64,000 bases of DNA from Minisyncoccota bacterium (GTDB lineage: Bacteria; Patescibacteriota; Minisyncoccia; Phycocordibacterales; UBA2100): the NCBI GenBank assembly GCA_043780835.1, contig JAYWCB010000011.1, positions 26,767 to 90,766 of the forward strand, in the 5' to 3' direction. A program made the translations under genes and the position numbers. This document shows positions 30,367-39,695 of the stretch, piece after piece; position 1 is the first letter of the stretch; every line of letters starts with the position of its first letter. Below the pieces are notes generated by a model, which had not been told where the DNA came from, did not search any database, and was given only the letters and a program-made list of their open reading frames with translations.

Positions 30367-31806
30367 ATGCAATTCATTTTTCAATCTCGCGCACGTATTG
30401 GTATCGGCGGAATCGCCCTTATTGTGCTGCTTATCGCGCTCCACGCGTATGCGGCGGAAATTTCGAGTGTCAAAATTAGCGACGTAAAGCCCGACGCTGC
30501 GACCGTTTCCTGGACGACAGATAAAAACACCGATGCAACGATTAATTTCGGTTTGGACGAACGGTTCGGCACCGTTCGTGACAGCGCATTCGATAAAAAA
30601 GACCATACCCTCACCATTGATAGTCTCGAGCCGGCAACGACGTATCACTTCCGTGTGGTTTCCACAGATGCTGATGGCAACAAAAGTACCACCGCAGGCT
30701 TCGTGTTCACTACTAAAGATGATCAGAAGAAAATCAAGGAGCGGATCATCAAAGACATCAAAAAGATTACCGATCCGAAGGCTATTATTGAGATCAATGA
30801 TCAGGTCAAAGAGACAGCGGGTGATATTTTGAAACCACCGACGATTCTGGGACTGCCCCGTGTAAACGTAGACCAAACGAAGGCGGAAATTATCTGGACC
30901 ACCGATCGCGATTCGAGCTCGATGGTGTATCTGTCACCCGATAAAGACTACAACGGGGGATCGAGCGATTACACGATTGCGCAGGGCGATCCGAACGATG
31001 CTGTGTCCAAACACACGGTAGAGGTTATCGGACTCGATCCGTCAACCACGTACCACTTCAAAGTGGTCTCGAACGATTCAACGGGACTGACCGGAGAGTC
31101 TGGCGATGACACCTTTAAGACCAAATCCATCCTTCCTTCTGTACGAAATGTAAAAGTGTCTCGTATTCAGCAAACCACGGCCGTGATTTCTTGGGATACA
31201 AGTGGGGTACTCGCACGTGGCATCGTTGAATACACGAATACCCGCACCAAAGTTACGAAAGTTGCGGGAAGCTCTGTGTTTGCGGCACAGCAAAACGTGC
31301 AACTTGCAGATTTGGAGTTTGGCACGCGCTACAGTGCCCTTGTGCGCACGACCAACCAGGATGGCGACAACGCAGAGAGTACGCCGTTCCAGTTCATTAC
31401 GATACGCGACGTGATTGCTCCTGCGATCACCAAGGTGAAGAATGAATCGACACTCTTTCCGGGCGAAGACGTGAAGATCCAAACCATCATTGCGTGGGAG
31501 ACCGATGAGCCTGCCACGTGCCAGGTGTTCTACTCGCAAGGTCTTTCAACAGGCGGTTCCAATGCAGGTGCTGAGTCCACGCCGAAAGAGACAAATCCGC
31601 TCACATCGCACACGCAGGTGATCGTCGGGTTTACCCCGGCAACGGTGTATCAGTTTTGGGTCGTGTGCAACGACGAAGCGCTGAATGAGTCGCGCTCAGA
31701 AGATTTCGTATTAATCACACCGATCAAAGAGAAGAGTATTATCGACATCATTCTTCAAAACTTCCAAGGCACATTCGGGTGGGTCAACAACATCGGCAAG
31801 AAGTAG
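30367..31806 (+). CDS. Secreted protein with four fibronectin type III-like repeats
   Basis: Signal peptide MQFIFQSRARIGIGGIALIVLLIALHAYAA. Repeats match V.WTTD...s.v.yg.....Y......t.Y.fkVvs.D..GN: VSWTTDKNTDATINFG...TTYHFRVVSTDADGN, IIWTTDRDSSSMVYLSP...TTYHFKVVSNDSTG, VISWDTSG...TRYSALVRTTNQDGD, and IIAWETDEPATCQVFYS...VYQFWVVCNDEALN. Confidence 0.75.
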   Translation: MQFIFQSRARIGIGGIALIVLLIALHAYAAEISSVKISDVKPDAATVSWTTDKNTDATINFGLDERFGTVRDSAFDKKDHTLTIDSLEPATTYHFRVVSTDADGNKSTTAGFVFTTKDDQKKIKERIIKDIKKITDPKAIIEINDQVKETAGDILKPPTILGLPRVNVDQTKAEIIWTTDRDSSSMVYLSPDKDYNGGSSDYTIAQGDPNDAVSKHTVEVIGLDPSTTYHFKVVSNDSTGLTGESGDDTFKTKSILPSVRNVKVSRIQQTTAVISWDTSGVLARGIVEYTNTRTKVTKVAGSSVFAAQQNVQLADLEFGTRYSALVRTTNQDGDNAESTPFQFITIRDVIAPAITKVKNESTLFPGEDVKIQTIIAWETDEPATCQVFYSQGLSTGGSNAGAESTPKETNPLTSHTQVIVGFTPATVYQFWVVCNDEALNESRSEDFVLITPIKEKSIIDIILQNFQGTFGWVNNIGKK

Positions 31807-31810
31807 CGAT

Positions 31811-33157
31811 ATGGCAAAAACATCTATACGCACGGAAGGCATGCATATTACCTACAACAAAGGCCAGGTGAATGAATTCAAAGCGCTACAAGACGTCAAT
31901 ATAGAGATCTATCCGCGCGAATACATCATTCTCTTCGGTCCGTCCGGCTGCGGGAAGTCAACACTGTTGTACACAATGCTCGGCGGCGTACCTCCATCGG
32001 ATGGGAAAATGCTTGTGCAGAACGAAGACATTTATGCGTACACTCCGGCGGAGCTCAATCGCTATCAACAAACCACCATCGGCATCGTGTACCAGCAATT
32101 CAATCTTATTGCTTCGTTGAATGTGCTCGATAATGTGGCGCTTCCCATGCTCTTTCTGGGAATCGAGCAGAAAGAACGATGGGCGCGGGCCGCGACACTC
32201 CTGCGCCGCTTTGGCGTGCCTGAGCGTGTGGAAAATAAGTTGCCCGCCCTCATGTCCGGCGGACAGCAGCAACGCGTGGCCGTTGCGCGTGCACTCATCA
32301 ACGACCCGGAAATTCTGCTCGCAGACGAGCCAGTGGGCAACCTCGACTCTATTTCTGCAGAACACGTGATGGACTCCTTTAAGGAAATTAATGAGAAAGA
32401 CCGTAAAACAGTGATACTCGTTACGCACGACGCGAAATATCTTCCGTATGCGCATCGTGTGTTCTATATGCGCGACGGACGATTGCGTCGAATCGTCGCG
32501 AATCCGGGAAAGCAGCAGATTATGCATGTGAAGCCGGGCGAAAACATCGTGACCGAAATCGAACAGCTCGCACGCATGTATCCGTATGCGGAGCCGGTGG
32601 AGCTCAAAGTGAAGAGCGTGGTGAACTTTGTGACGCAATCCATCGGCTTCTCACAGCTTGAGCGTCTTGAGCAAGGAATTCTGTATGTATTGAAGGGAAC
32701 CATGAACGAGCAGATGTTTTCCGAGTTTCTCACGAAGCCGTTCCATCTGGGCGGGGTTGGCATTCACCCCGAAGAAGTTCCTGAAATGTCGCGGCGAGTA
32801 TTTAGTTTGATTCGATACTCAATTGATGTGCAGCGATTCCGACAAGAGGTAAAAAGCGATAACGCGTTTATGCACCAACAGAAATTTGTGGAACGGCTGC
32901 TCACATACTTGAACGAAGAAGTCGGATTTCACATCTCACAAGCCGAATTTCAAATTCTGCGCGAAGCGGTGGCGGATCGCGTGGGGGGAATTACAGATGC
33001 GGATCAGTTTGCGGAGCGATTGATTCTCGCCAAAAATCTTAACGGTGCAGAACTTGAAGAGCGGATCGCGTATCTCATTAGCGTGCATATGGAAAAGCTG
33101 ATTGCGCAGGGCGGCTACATTATTCTTCCAAACGAACTCGAAGGAGGTCACACGTGA
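31811..33157 (+). CDS. ABC transporter ATP-binding protein (MacB/LolD-like) with ~220-aa C-terminal extension of unknown function
   Basis: Walker A GPSGCGKST, Q-loop, ABC signature LSGGQQQRVAVARAL, Walker B ILLADEPVGNLD and H-loop VTHD occupy the first ~225 aa. Residues ~230-448 form a helical extension not typical of MacB/FtsE ATPases. Confidence 0.85.
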   Translation: MAKTSIRTEGMHITYNKGQVNEFKALQDVNIEIYPREYIILFGPSGCGKSTLLYTMLGGVPPSDGKMLVQNEDIYAYTPAELNRYQQTTIGIVYQQFNLIASLNVLDNVALPMLFLGIEQKERWARAATLLRRFGVPERVENKLPALMSGGQQQRVAVARALINDPEILLADEPVGNLDSISAEHVMDSFKEINEKDRKTVILVTHDAKYLPYAHRVFYMRDGRLRRIVANPGKQQIMHVKPGENIVTEIEQLARMYPYAEPVELKVKSVVNFVTQSIGFSQLERLEQGILYVLKGTMNEQMFSEFLTKPFHLGGVGIHPEEVPEMSRRVFSLIRYSIDVQRFRQEVKSDNAFMHQQKFVERLLTYLNEEVGFHISQAEFQILREAVADRVGGITDADQFAERLILAKNLNGAELEERIAYLISVHMEKLIAQGGYIILPNELEGGHT

Positions 33158-33290
33158 TATGCCTGTCACACGAAACGGCATGAATATCAGAGATATTGCC
33201 CTGTATACTTTCCTTATCTCGTATGAATTTAGACTCGATAACTACTTCGAAACGCGCTTCATAGCGCAATGTCGTTTCGTGTGAACAGGT

Positions 33291-34499
33291 ATGCAGATAC
33301 GCGACGTTGCAATGCTTTCCACTCGTATGTTCAAGACGAACCCGTCGCGTACGTGGCTCACAATTTTGGGCATGGGCGTGGGTACCGGCGCCGTGGTTGC
33401 GCTTGTCGGCCTCGGGTTCGGATTACAAAGCATTATTCTCGACAAAATCGTGCTCGGTGATTCACTTCTCTCACTCAACGTGACAAATCCCGCATCGAAA
33501 ATCGTGGTGCTTGATCCGGCAACCATAGAATTATTTTCGGCGATGGACGCGGTGAAAGACGTGTCAGGCGTTGTCACGTTTCCAACACTTGTCACCTATG
33601 AGGGTCTTACCGGCAACGCCAACATCCAAGGCCTTGCACCGTCGTACCTCCTCTACACCGGTGCACAAGCAGTCGCCGGTGATTTGTTTACCAATGACAG
33701 TGCCGTCGAAGATCGCAATGCCGTCGTTATCTCGAGCGCGATGCTCAAGCTCTTCGGTGTCGAAAAGCCGGAGGATGTCATTGGCAAGACGATCACGTTC
33801 CGGGTGTTCGTGCCCAATGAAGGGAGCGATCAATCAACTGAAGTCCAGCTCTCAAAGCAATACAAGATCAAAGGTGTCACGAGTGATTCGGGGAATCTTT
33901 CGGCAGCGATCACACTCGAGGAATTTCAGTCGAACTTCAAAATCCCGTATTTCGATCGGGTGCAGGTGCGCGTGATCGATAGTAAATCCTTGACGGAGGT
34001 GCAGGACGCGATCATTGCGAAAGGATTTACGGTGACTGCGCTCTCAAAAACCGTCGCCCAGGCTAACAAGATTTTCCAAGGCATTCAGGCGGTACTGGCT
34101 ATATTCGGCGGTATCGCGCTCACGGTCTCTGCAATCGGCATGTTCAATACCATGACGGTTACGCTGCTGGAGCGTACGGCCGAAATCGGAGTTATGCGTA
34201 CGATCGGTGCGTCATCTGCGGATATCGTCATCCTTTTCGTTGCGGAAGCGATCATCGTGGGGCTGCTCGGTGGGGTGGTGGGGATTCTCATTGGAGGCGG
34301 CATCGGTGTGTTTTTCAATGGGCTGCTCTCGGTTGCGGCGAGTAAATTTGGCGGAGAATCGGTGAGTCTTTTTAAATATCCGATTTGGTTCTTAATATTC
34401 ATTTGTTCGTTCTCTGGCGGCGTCGGCTTTTTAACGGGACTCTTTCCGGCGCGACGCGCAGCAAAGATTAACCCTCTCGACGCGATTCGCTATAAATAG
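33291..34499 (+). CDS. ABC transporter permease, FtsX/MacB family (N-terminal TM, large extracytoplasmic domain, C-terminal FtsX 3-TM bundle)
   Basis: The topology TM1 (WLTILGMGVGTGAVVALVGLGFGL), then a roughly 230-aa periplasmic-type domain, then three C-terminal TM helices is characteristic of MacB-type permeases. It sits directly after the ATPase. Confidence 0.8.
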   Translation: MQIRDVAMLSTRMFKTNPSRTWLTILGMGVGTGAVVALVGLGFGLQSIILDKIVLGDSLLSLNVTNPASKIVVLDPATIELFSAMDAVKDVSGVVTFPTLVTYEGLTGNANIQGLAPSYLLYTGAQAVAGDLFTNDSAVEDRNAVVISSAMLKLFGVEKPEDVIGKTITFRVFVPNEGSDQSTEVQLSKQYKIKGVTSDSGNLSAAITLEEFQSNFKIPYFDRVQVRVIDSKSLTEVQDAIIAKGFTVTALSKTVAQANKIFQGIQAVLAIFGGIALTVSAIGMFNTMTVTLLERTAEIGVMRTIGASSADIVILFVAEAIIVGLLGGVVGILIGGGIGVFFNGLLSVAASKFGGESVSLFKYPIWFLIFICSFSGGVGFLTGLFPARRAAKINPLDAIRYK

Positions 34500-34541
34500 C
34501 GGTGCTTCATAAACGCCTCATTCAAGCCACAAAAACACCAG

Positions 34542-34586
34542 TTATCCACACGGGGCTAACGTATTGAAAGGCGACAGTGGTACGAT
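34542..34586 (+). promoter_or_regulatory. Candidate promoter: perfect DnaA-box 9-mer TTATCCACA plus extended -10 TGgTACGAT
   Basis: TTATCCACA (34542..34550) is followed 30 nt later by TACGAT (34581..34586), which is preceded by TG. The ATG at 34599 has an AAGG SD. Confidence 0.3.
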
Positions 34587-34598
34587 TTCTTCTAAGGT

Positions 34599-36506
34599 AT
34601 GTCCGAGCAATTTCACCGGAAACTCAGCATGTTCTTGAAAGGGGCGCGAAGCATGGAAGGTAAAATCACGATTTTCACATCGGTGATCGGCTGTTTGGTG
34701 CTTGTGGGCTTCGTTACCATCTTTAATGTGAACGTGCCGCTCGCGACCGCGAGCAACGTTGTGACGTCTGTCACTGTTTTGAACACACCGCCTACATGGA
34801 CGGTCGACGCTCAAGAATCTGCGCAATCGTCAACCTCTACACCGACAAATGCGGGACAGAGTATTACGTTTGTCGCCACCGGCACTGACTCAAGTAACGA
34901 CAACTACTATCTATTGATTTGCAAGAACAGCACCTCACCGACAGCGAATAACGGTACCGCTCCATCGTGCAACGGTGGTGTGACCAACCAGTGGGCGGTC
35001 TCAACTTCTACTACAAGCGGTCTGCAGGCGAGTGCTGCGACGACCACAACGGAGCTTTTTGCAGAGAAAAACGACTGGTGGGCCTGGATTTGCGATAACA
35101 ACGCAACGCTTTCGCGCTGCAATCTTGTTTCAAAAACAGGAAGCGGTTTGACGGCGTCTCCATTCGTAGTCAACCATCCGCCGGTTTTTATATCGGTCGC
35201 CAATAACAGTCCGCAAAATCCCGGCAGCAACGTTACCTGGACGACGGTCGCGTCTGACAGTGACACCATACGAGGCAGTGACACAGTGATTGTTGTTTTA
35301 TGTAAAACGTCGGGATCATTTAATGGTACTACGTGTACCACAGGAGGCGAATATGCTACGTCCACTTTTGCAGCATCCAACCCCTCAACATCTTCTCCAA
35401 TTGTCATACCGACGCAGGATCGTCTCTATAACGCGTTCGCGTACGTAGCGGATAACCTCGGACTCGCTGCCACCTCTACTGCGCAGGGAACGAATTCGTT
35501 CTATCAAGTATCAAATGTAGCCCCGACGATCGTAGCGTCGTCGATCGCTTTTATAGATTACAACGCAACGACGAGCACCGGTAGCCTGACGCTCACGGTA
35601 GCTTCTGCGACGTCGGGTCCGTTTAAGGTTGTATTCACTGCTGTGGATAACAATGGCTGTCAGAATGCATCGTCCACAAATGAAATTGTTTCGAATATAA
35701 TCAATGTCTATCGCTCTGGCATTTCGTCCACCTCGTGCCAGACTTCGGGTCAATATAATTCCAATAATTGCTATTCCGCGGCATCGGGTAATTTCTCGCC
35801 ATTTTTCAATTGTACGCAAGATGGCGGGAGTTGTAGCGGAGCAACAGACTCGGATGCAACGTTTACCTGCACATTCTCCCTGTGGTTTAACGCCGATCCG
35901 ACAGACGCGGCGACACAATTCACTGCCGAATCATGGCTTGCAACGGTCCGAGCGACTGACGACAACGCGACTACGAGTGCACTCACTGAAAAGACGGTCG
36001 GCACCACAGATGTCATCAGTTTCCTTGCGTTTAATGTTTCTACTTCCACGGTCGCGTATGGAGCATTGCAGCCTGGTGATACAACTACGCCACTCGTTGC
36101 AAATACAGACATGCAGGCTATTGGTAACATCGGACTTGATGAAGATCTTTATGGATCGACGATGTGCACAACATGGGTAGCAGGTGGTGGTGGTACTGCA
36201 CCGGACAACTGCGACATAGGAGGCGCGAACGCTGCTACGAAGATTCCAGTGACGCAACAGGTGGTTGCTACGGGTACCATCACCTACACGTTGGCATCAG
36301 CATCAACCACGCTTACGGGAGCACTGCCTGCATCTACGTCACCACGAGCCATACTCCTCAACGTGCCTAAGACTACATCAACGAGTACCATCCAAACTCG
36401 AAATACGTTCTGGGGTATTGCTATTCCGTCCACGATCACGCAATCAGGCAGCTATCAGGGACAAAACACCATTACCGCAAAAAAGAGTTCTTCTGCAAAC
36501 TGGTAA
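34599..36506 (+). CDS. Secreted Thr/Ser-rich surface protein sharing a C-terminal domain with the giant protein
   Basis: Signal anchor (ITIFTSVIGCLVLVGFVTIF). The C-terminal ~200 aa (ESWLATVRATDDN...FLAFNVSTSTVAYGALQPGDTT...TFWGIAIPSTITQSGSYQGQNTITA) is collinear with the giant protein C-terminus (ENWLASLRIQDS...FGLTVNTGAIDFGALSVGTDTG...LFWGINVPIGTTAELHQGTNTFIAV). Confidence 0.6.
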   Translation: MSEQFHRKLSMFLKGARSMEGKITIFTSVIGCLVLVGFVTIFNVNVPLATASNVVTSVTVLNTPPTWTVDAQESAQSSTSTPTNAGQSITFVATGTDSSNDNYYLLICKNSTSPTANNGTAPSCNGGVTNQWAVSTSTTSGLQASAATTTTELFAEKNDWWAWICDNNATLSRCNLVSKTGSGLTASPFVVNHPPVFISVANNSPQNPGSNVTWTTVASDSDTIRGSDTVIVVLCKTSGSFNGTTCTTGGEYATSTFAASNPSTSSPIVIPTQDRLYNAFAYVADNLGLAATSTAQGTNSFYQVSNVAPTIVASSIAFIDYNATTSTGSLTLTVASATSGPFKVVFTAVDNNGCQNASSTNEIVSNIINVYRSGISSTSCQTSGQYNSNNCYSAASGNFSPFFNCTQDGGSCSGATDSDATFTCTFSLWFNADPTDAATQFTAESWLATVRATDDNATTSALTEKTVGTTDVISFLAFNVSTSTVAYGALQPGDTTTPLVANTDMQAIGNIGLDEDLYGSTMCTTWVAGGGGTAPDNCDIGGANAATKIPVTQQVVATGTITYTLASASTTLTGALPASTSPRAILLNVPKTTSTSTIQTRNTFWGIAIPSTITQSGSYQGQNTITAKKSSSANW

Positions 36507-36583
36507 TTTGTCCTCTCGTATAGCCACATAATAACCACTCTCCGCTGGACATTCGAGGAGGGGACCGTGATACTATTGAGACC

Positions 36584-37579
36584 ATGATGTCACTGCCGTG
36601 GCGGCTCTTAGGAATGCGCACATTTGCAGTGCTCCTCCTTGTTCTGGTGTTTTTCGGCGGATTCCGGTTTGCCTCTGCCGGTTTTGGAATCACGCCTCCA
36701 TACGTGCGAAACGAACGTCTCACTCGCGGAACCGTATATGAGCAGCGCATCACACTTGTTCGTTCCGATCCGATTGACGATCAAAAGGCGGAAATTAGCA
36801 TGAATATACCGGGAGTAGAATCCTGGTTTAGTGTCGACAAAGGTACGTCATTTATCCTACCCGCGGGACAAACGCAGGTATCGATAGTGATATCTGTGCA
36901 TGTGCCGGCGGATGCAGAGTACACGCGCCACCAAGGTACTATTCGCATTCGAACATCGTCTGCCACAAATCAACCGGAAGGAGGGGGCGTATCTATCGCA
37001 CTCGGAGCGCAGATCGATGTGGATGTACTTGTCGTCGACAAAATTTATGACTTCGAGGTGCGTCGCATTCGTACATCGGATCTGGAAGAACCGCGTCATA
37101 AGTGGGGATTGTTGTTTCCTGCAAAAATTCGATTCTTTATGACGATCTCAAATACAGGGAACGCGGTCTATGGCCCGACCAAGGTAAAGCTCGATATTTA
37201 CGACAGTGAAGTTGAACGGTTGCAAGAGACGACGTATAACACAAACAAGATTGAACAAATTGCGCCGTTCGCGACCAAAGAGATTCTCGCGGAACTACCA
37301 ACGAGGCTTTCCGCGGGGCGCTATACGGCGAAATACACTATTTATAAAGGCGAGGACATCGCGCAGCAGGAGCAAATCAATCTCAGTGTGGCGGCAATTG
37401 GTGCAGTGCAAGGCTACAGCGGATACGGATTCGAGGGGCTTTCAACACCGGATAAATTAAAGGTGGCAGGGGTGCTCGCCATACCCGTCGTGGTTCTGCT
37501 CACACTGTTTACAATATTTGGCGTTCGTCGTCGTCGGAATCGGGCACGCAGATCTCAAGTGCCGCCGCGCATGCGGTAA
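36584..37579 (+). CDS. Secreted protein with C-terminal TM anchor and Arg-rich tail (paralog of 50859/52211/55094 family; DUF916-like architecture)
   Basis: Signal peptide, a beta-rich roughly 270-aa domain (GITPPYVRNERLTRGTVYEQRITL...SWFSV...ILPAGQTQVSIVISVHVPADA..HQGTIRI), then TM (VLAIPVVVLLTLFTIF) and a GVRRRRNRARRS tail. Confidence 0.55.
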   Translation: MMSLPWRLLGMRTFAVLLLVLVFFGGFRFASAGFGITPPYVRNERLTRGTVYEQRITLVRSDPIDDQKAEISMNIPGVESWFSVDKGTSFILPAGQTQVSIVISVHVPADAEYTRHQGTIRIRTSSATNQPEGGGVSIALGAQIDVDVLVVDKIYDFEVRRIRTSDLEEPRHKWGLLFPAKIRFFMTISNTGNAVYGPTKVKLDIYDSEVERLQETTYNTNKIEQIAPFATKEILAELPTRLSAGRYTAKYTIYKGEDIAQQEQINLSVAAIGAVQGYSGYGFEGLSTPDKLKVAGVLAIPVVVLLTLFTIFGVRRRRNRARRSQVPPRMR

Positions 37580-37587
37580 TCGCGCAT

Positions 37588-38727
37588 ATGCGTATGGCAC
37601 GTAAACCGCTCGTTGTTTCGGGAATTATTGTTGCATCGGCAATACTGTTCGGAGGCATGATACACATTGTTACTGCAGCGGATGTCCGCACATCGGTGAC
37701 CATGATTGTGTGTGGTGATGCGGTCGTGAGCCCATCCGGCGAGGCCTGTGACGACGGGACCAATCTGGGTGGATACGGTTCGACGACCGCGCAGCGTCGG
37801 TGCAATCCCGGGTGCCAATCTTTTGCGGAATACTGCGGCGACGGTGTGTTACAGGTGCGATTCAGTGAGCAATGCGACGACGGCAACACGATTGCAACTG
37901 ACCTCTGTTCGCTCACCTGTCGCACGCTTGCTCCTGCGGGTTCGACGCAGGTTTCCGGGTCGCCGACCGTCGGTTCGACGCCGTTTATTCCCGGAGCTTC
38001 TCCGGGCAACATTTCGTCTGAAACTAAAACGCGTGTGGTTTTGCGCGGAAAAGCATACCCCAATAGCACGGTGAGTATTTTGCTCGATGGCAAAGTAAAG
38101 GGTACAACCCTGGCCGATTCAAACGCTGATTTTCAATTCTCTTCGACCGATATTACCCCGGGTACCGCAACGTTCGGCTTTTCAGCCAAGGACGCAAAAG
38201 GTGTTGAATCGATCACGACGTCCGTGGTGTTTGATGTGGCTCAGAGCGCGGTATCGACGGTGGCAAACGTGTTCTTCCCGCCCACGATCTCAGTGAGTGA
38301 GCGACAAGTACCAAAAGGTGACCCATTGACCGTTTCAGGATATTCCGTGCCCAAAGCGTCGGTTTCAACCGAAATCGGGGGAGGTACGAAATCGGTACTG
38401 AGCGCGAATGCCGATGCGACGGGTGCGTGGGCGCTGCAAGTTGATACGAAGTCTCTCACTGACGGAATGCATACGGTGAAAGCGTTTTTCAAGCAGGATG
38501 GCGGCATACAGTCAGGGTTCGGTAAATCAATATCGTTTAGCGTCGGAGCCGGTGCGTTTGCTGATACGGGTTCGGCCGATCTCAACGGCGACCACAAAGT
38601 GAATCTGGTAGACTTTTCAATCTTCTTGCTCAAGTGGAACACGGATGATATTCAGGCCGATTTTAATGGCGACGGAACGGTAAACTTGGGAGACTTCTCA
38701 ATTATGTTGTTCAATTGGACCGGCTAG
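37588..38727 (+). CDS. Secreted protein: myxo-type Cys-rich repeats, Ig-like (Big) domains, C-terminal dockerin
   Basis: The signal anchor is followed by Cys-rich repeats (CGDAVVSPSGEACDDGTN...CNPGCQSFAEYCGDGVLQVRFSEQCDDGNTIATDLC), the pattern of Myxococcales-type disulfide repeats. Two Ig-like beta domains follow. The C-terminus ADLNGDHKVNLVDFSIFLLKWN...DFNGDGTVNLGDFSIMLFNW is a duplicated Ca-binding dockerin repeat. Confidence 0.65.
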   Translation: MRMARKPLVVSGIIVASAILFGGMIHIVTAADVRTSVTMIVCGDAVVSPSGEACDDGTNLGGYGSTTAQRRCNPGCQSFAEYCGDGVLQVRFSEQCDDGNTIATDLCSLTCRTLAPAGSTQVSGSPTVGSTPFIPGASPGNISSETKTRVVLRGKAYPNSTVSILLDGKVKGTTLADSNADFQFSSTDITPGTATFGFSAKDAKGVESITTSVVFDVAQSAVSTVANVFFPPTISVSERQVPKGDPLTVSGYSVPKASVSTEIGGGTKSVLSANADATGAWALQVDTKSLTDGMHTVKAFFKQDGGIQSGFGKSISFSVGAGAFADTGSADLNGDHKVNLVDFSIFLLKWNTDDIQADFNGDGTVNLGDFSIMLFNWTG

Positions 38728-38765
38728 ATCGATATATGCATACAAAAAACCGCTATACTACTCTT

Positions 38766-39695
38766 ATGTCACGTGCAATTACGATGTTTGTTGCGGTGGT
38801 AAGCATTTTTGCGCCGCTCACGGCCTCCGCTGCAATTTTGTATGTAAATCCCACGCAAGGTACGTACGGCGTGTCTGACACCTTTATTGCAGATGTTCGC
38901 CTCGATAATCAAAACGAATGCGTCAATGCTGCGCACGTAGAAATTCGCTATCCGACTGATGTGTTACGGGCGGTTGATTTCAGTAAGGGGAATTCGATCC
39001 TCAGTTTGTGGATTGAAGAGCCAAAAATCGATACCGAGAAGGGAATTATTACATTCTCCGGCGGAATTCCAGGAGGGTACTGCGGGCGTATTCCGGGGGA
39101 TCCCGTTCTTTCAAACGTATTGGGCAAAATCGTGTTCAGTGTCATTGCGACCGATAAAAGAAGTGCCACGGTTTCTATTGCTGACACCTCCGTGATGTAT
39201 CTCAACGACGGACAAGCAACGCCGGCAAAATTAGCGCTCCAGAGCGCGACGTATTTGATTTCGCAGACACCGCTTTCAGCAGCGAATCCATGGCTCTCCC
39301 AGGTCGGCGAAGACAAAACACCGCCCGATGCGTTCGTCATTTCGGTTGAATCAACACGCGGCGTTTTTGGCGGGAATTTTTATGCGGTTTTTGCCACCCA
39401 AGATAAGCAAAGCGGCGTTGATCACTACGAAATATTCGAACGAGGTACATGGCTACCCGTTACGAGTCCGCATGAACTCAAAGATCAAAAACTGATTGCG
39501 GAGGTGCAGATCAAAGCAATCGATAAAGCGGGCAATGAGCGCCTTGGCACGTACGTCACAGGTTCCGCGCCGCCTCGTGTTCCAAAAGAAGTGAACTACC
39601 CGATTTTGGTCGCAGTACTCATCGTGCTGCTCGCCCTCGGATTGTATATGTGGCATCGTGATCATACGCCCAGAATCATTCCGCCGAGTGCATGA
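38766..39695 (+). CDS. Secreted cohesin-domain protein with C-terminal TM anchor
   Basis: Trimmed to MSRAITMFVAVVSIFAPLTASAA. The cohesin-like domain is ILYVNPTQGTYGVSDTFIADVRLDNQNECVNAAHVEIRYPTDVLRAVDFSKGNSILSLWIEEPKIDTEKGIITFSGGIPGG, with a C-terminal TM (ILVAVLIVLLALGLYMW). Confidence 0.6.
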   Translation: MSRAITMFVAVVSIFAPLTASAAILYVNPTQGTYGVSDTFIADVRLDNQNECVNAAHVEIRYPTDVLRAVDFSKGNSILSLWIEEPKIDTEKGIITFSGGIPGGYCGRIPGDPVLSNVLGKIVFSVIATDKRSATVSIADTSVMYLNDGQATPAKLALQSATYLISQTPLSAANPWLSQVGEDKTPPDAFVISVESTRGVFGGNFYAVFATQDKQSGVDHYEIFERGTWLPVTSPHELKDQKLIAEVQIKAIDKAGNERLGTYVTGSAPPRVPKEVNYPILVAVLIVLLALGLYMWHRDHTPRIIPPSA

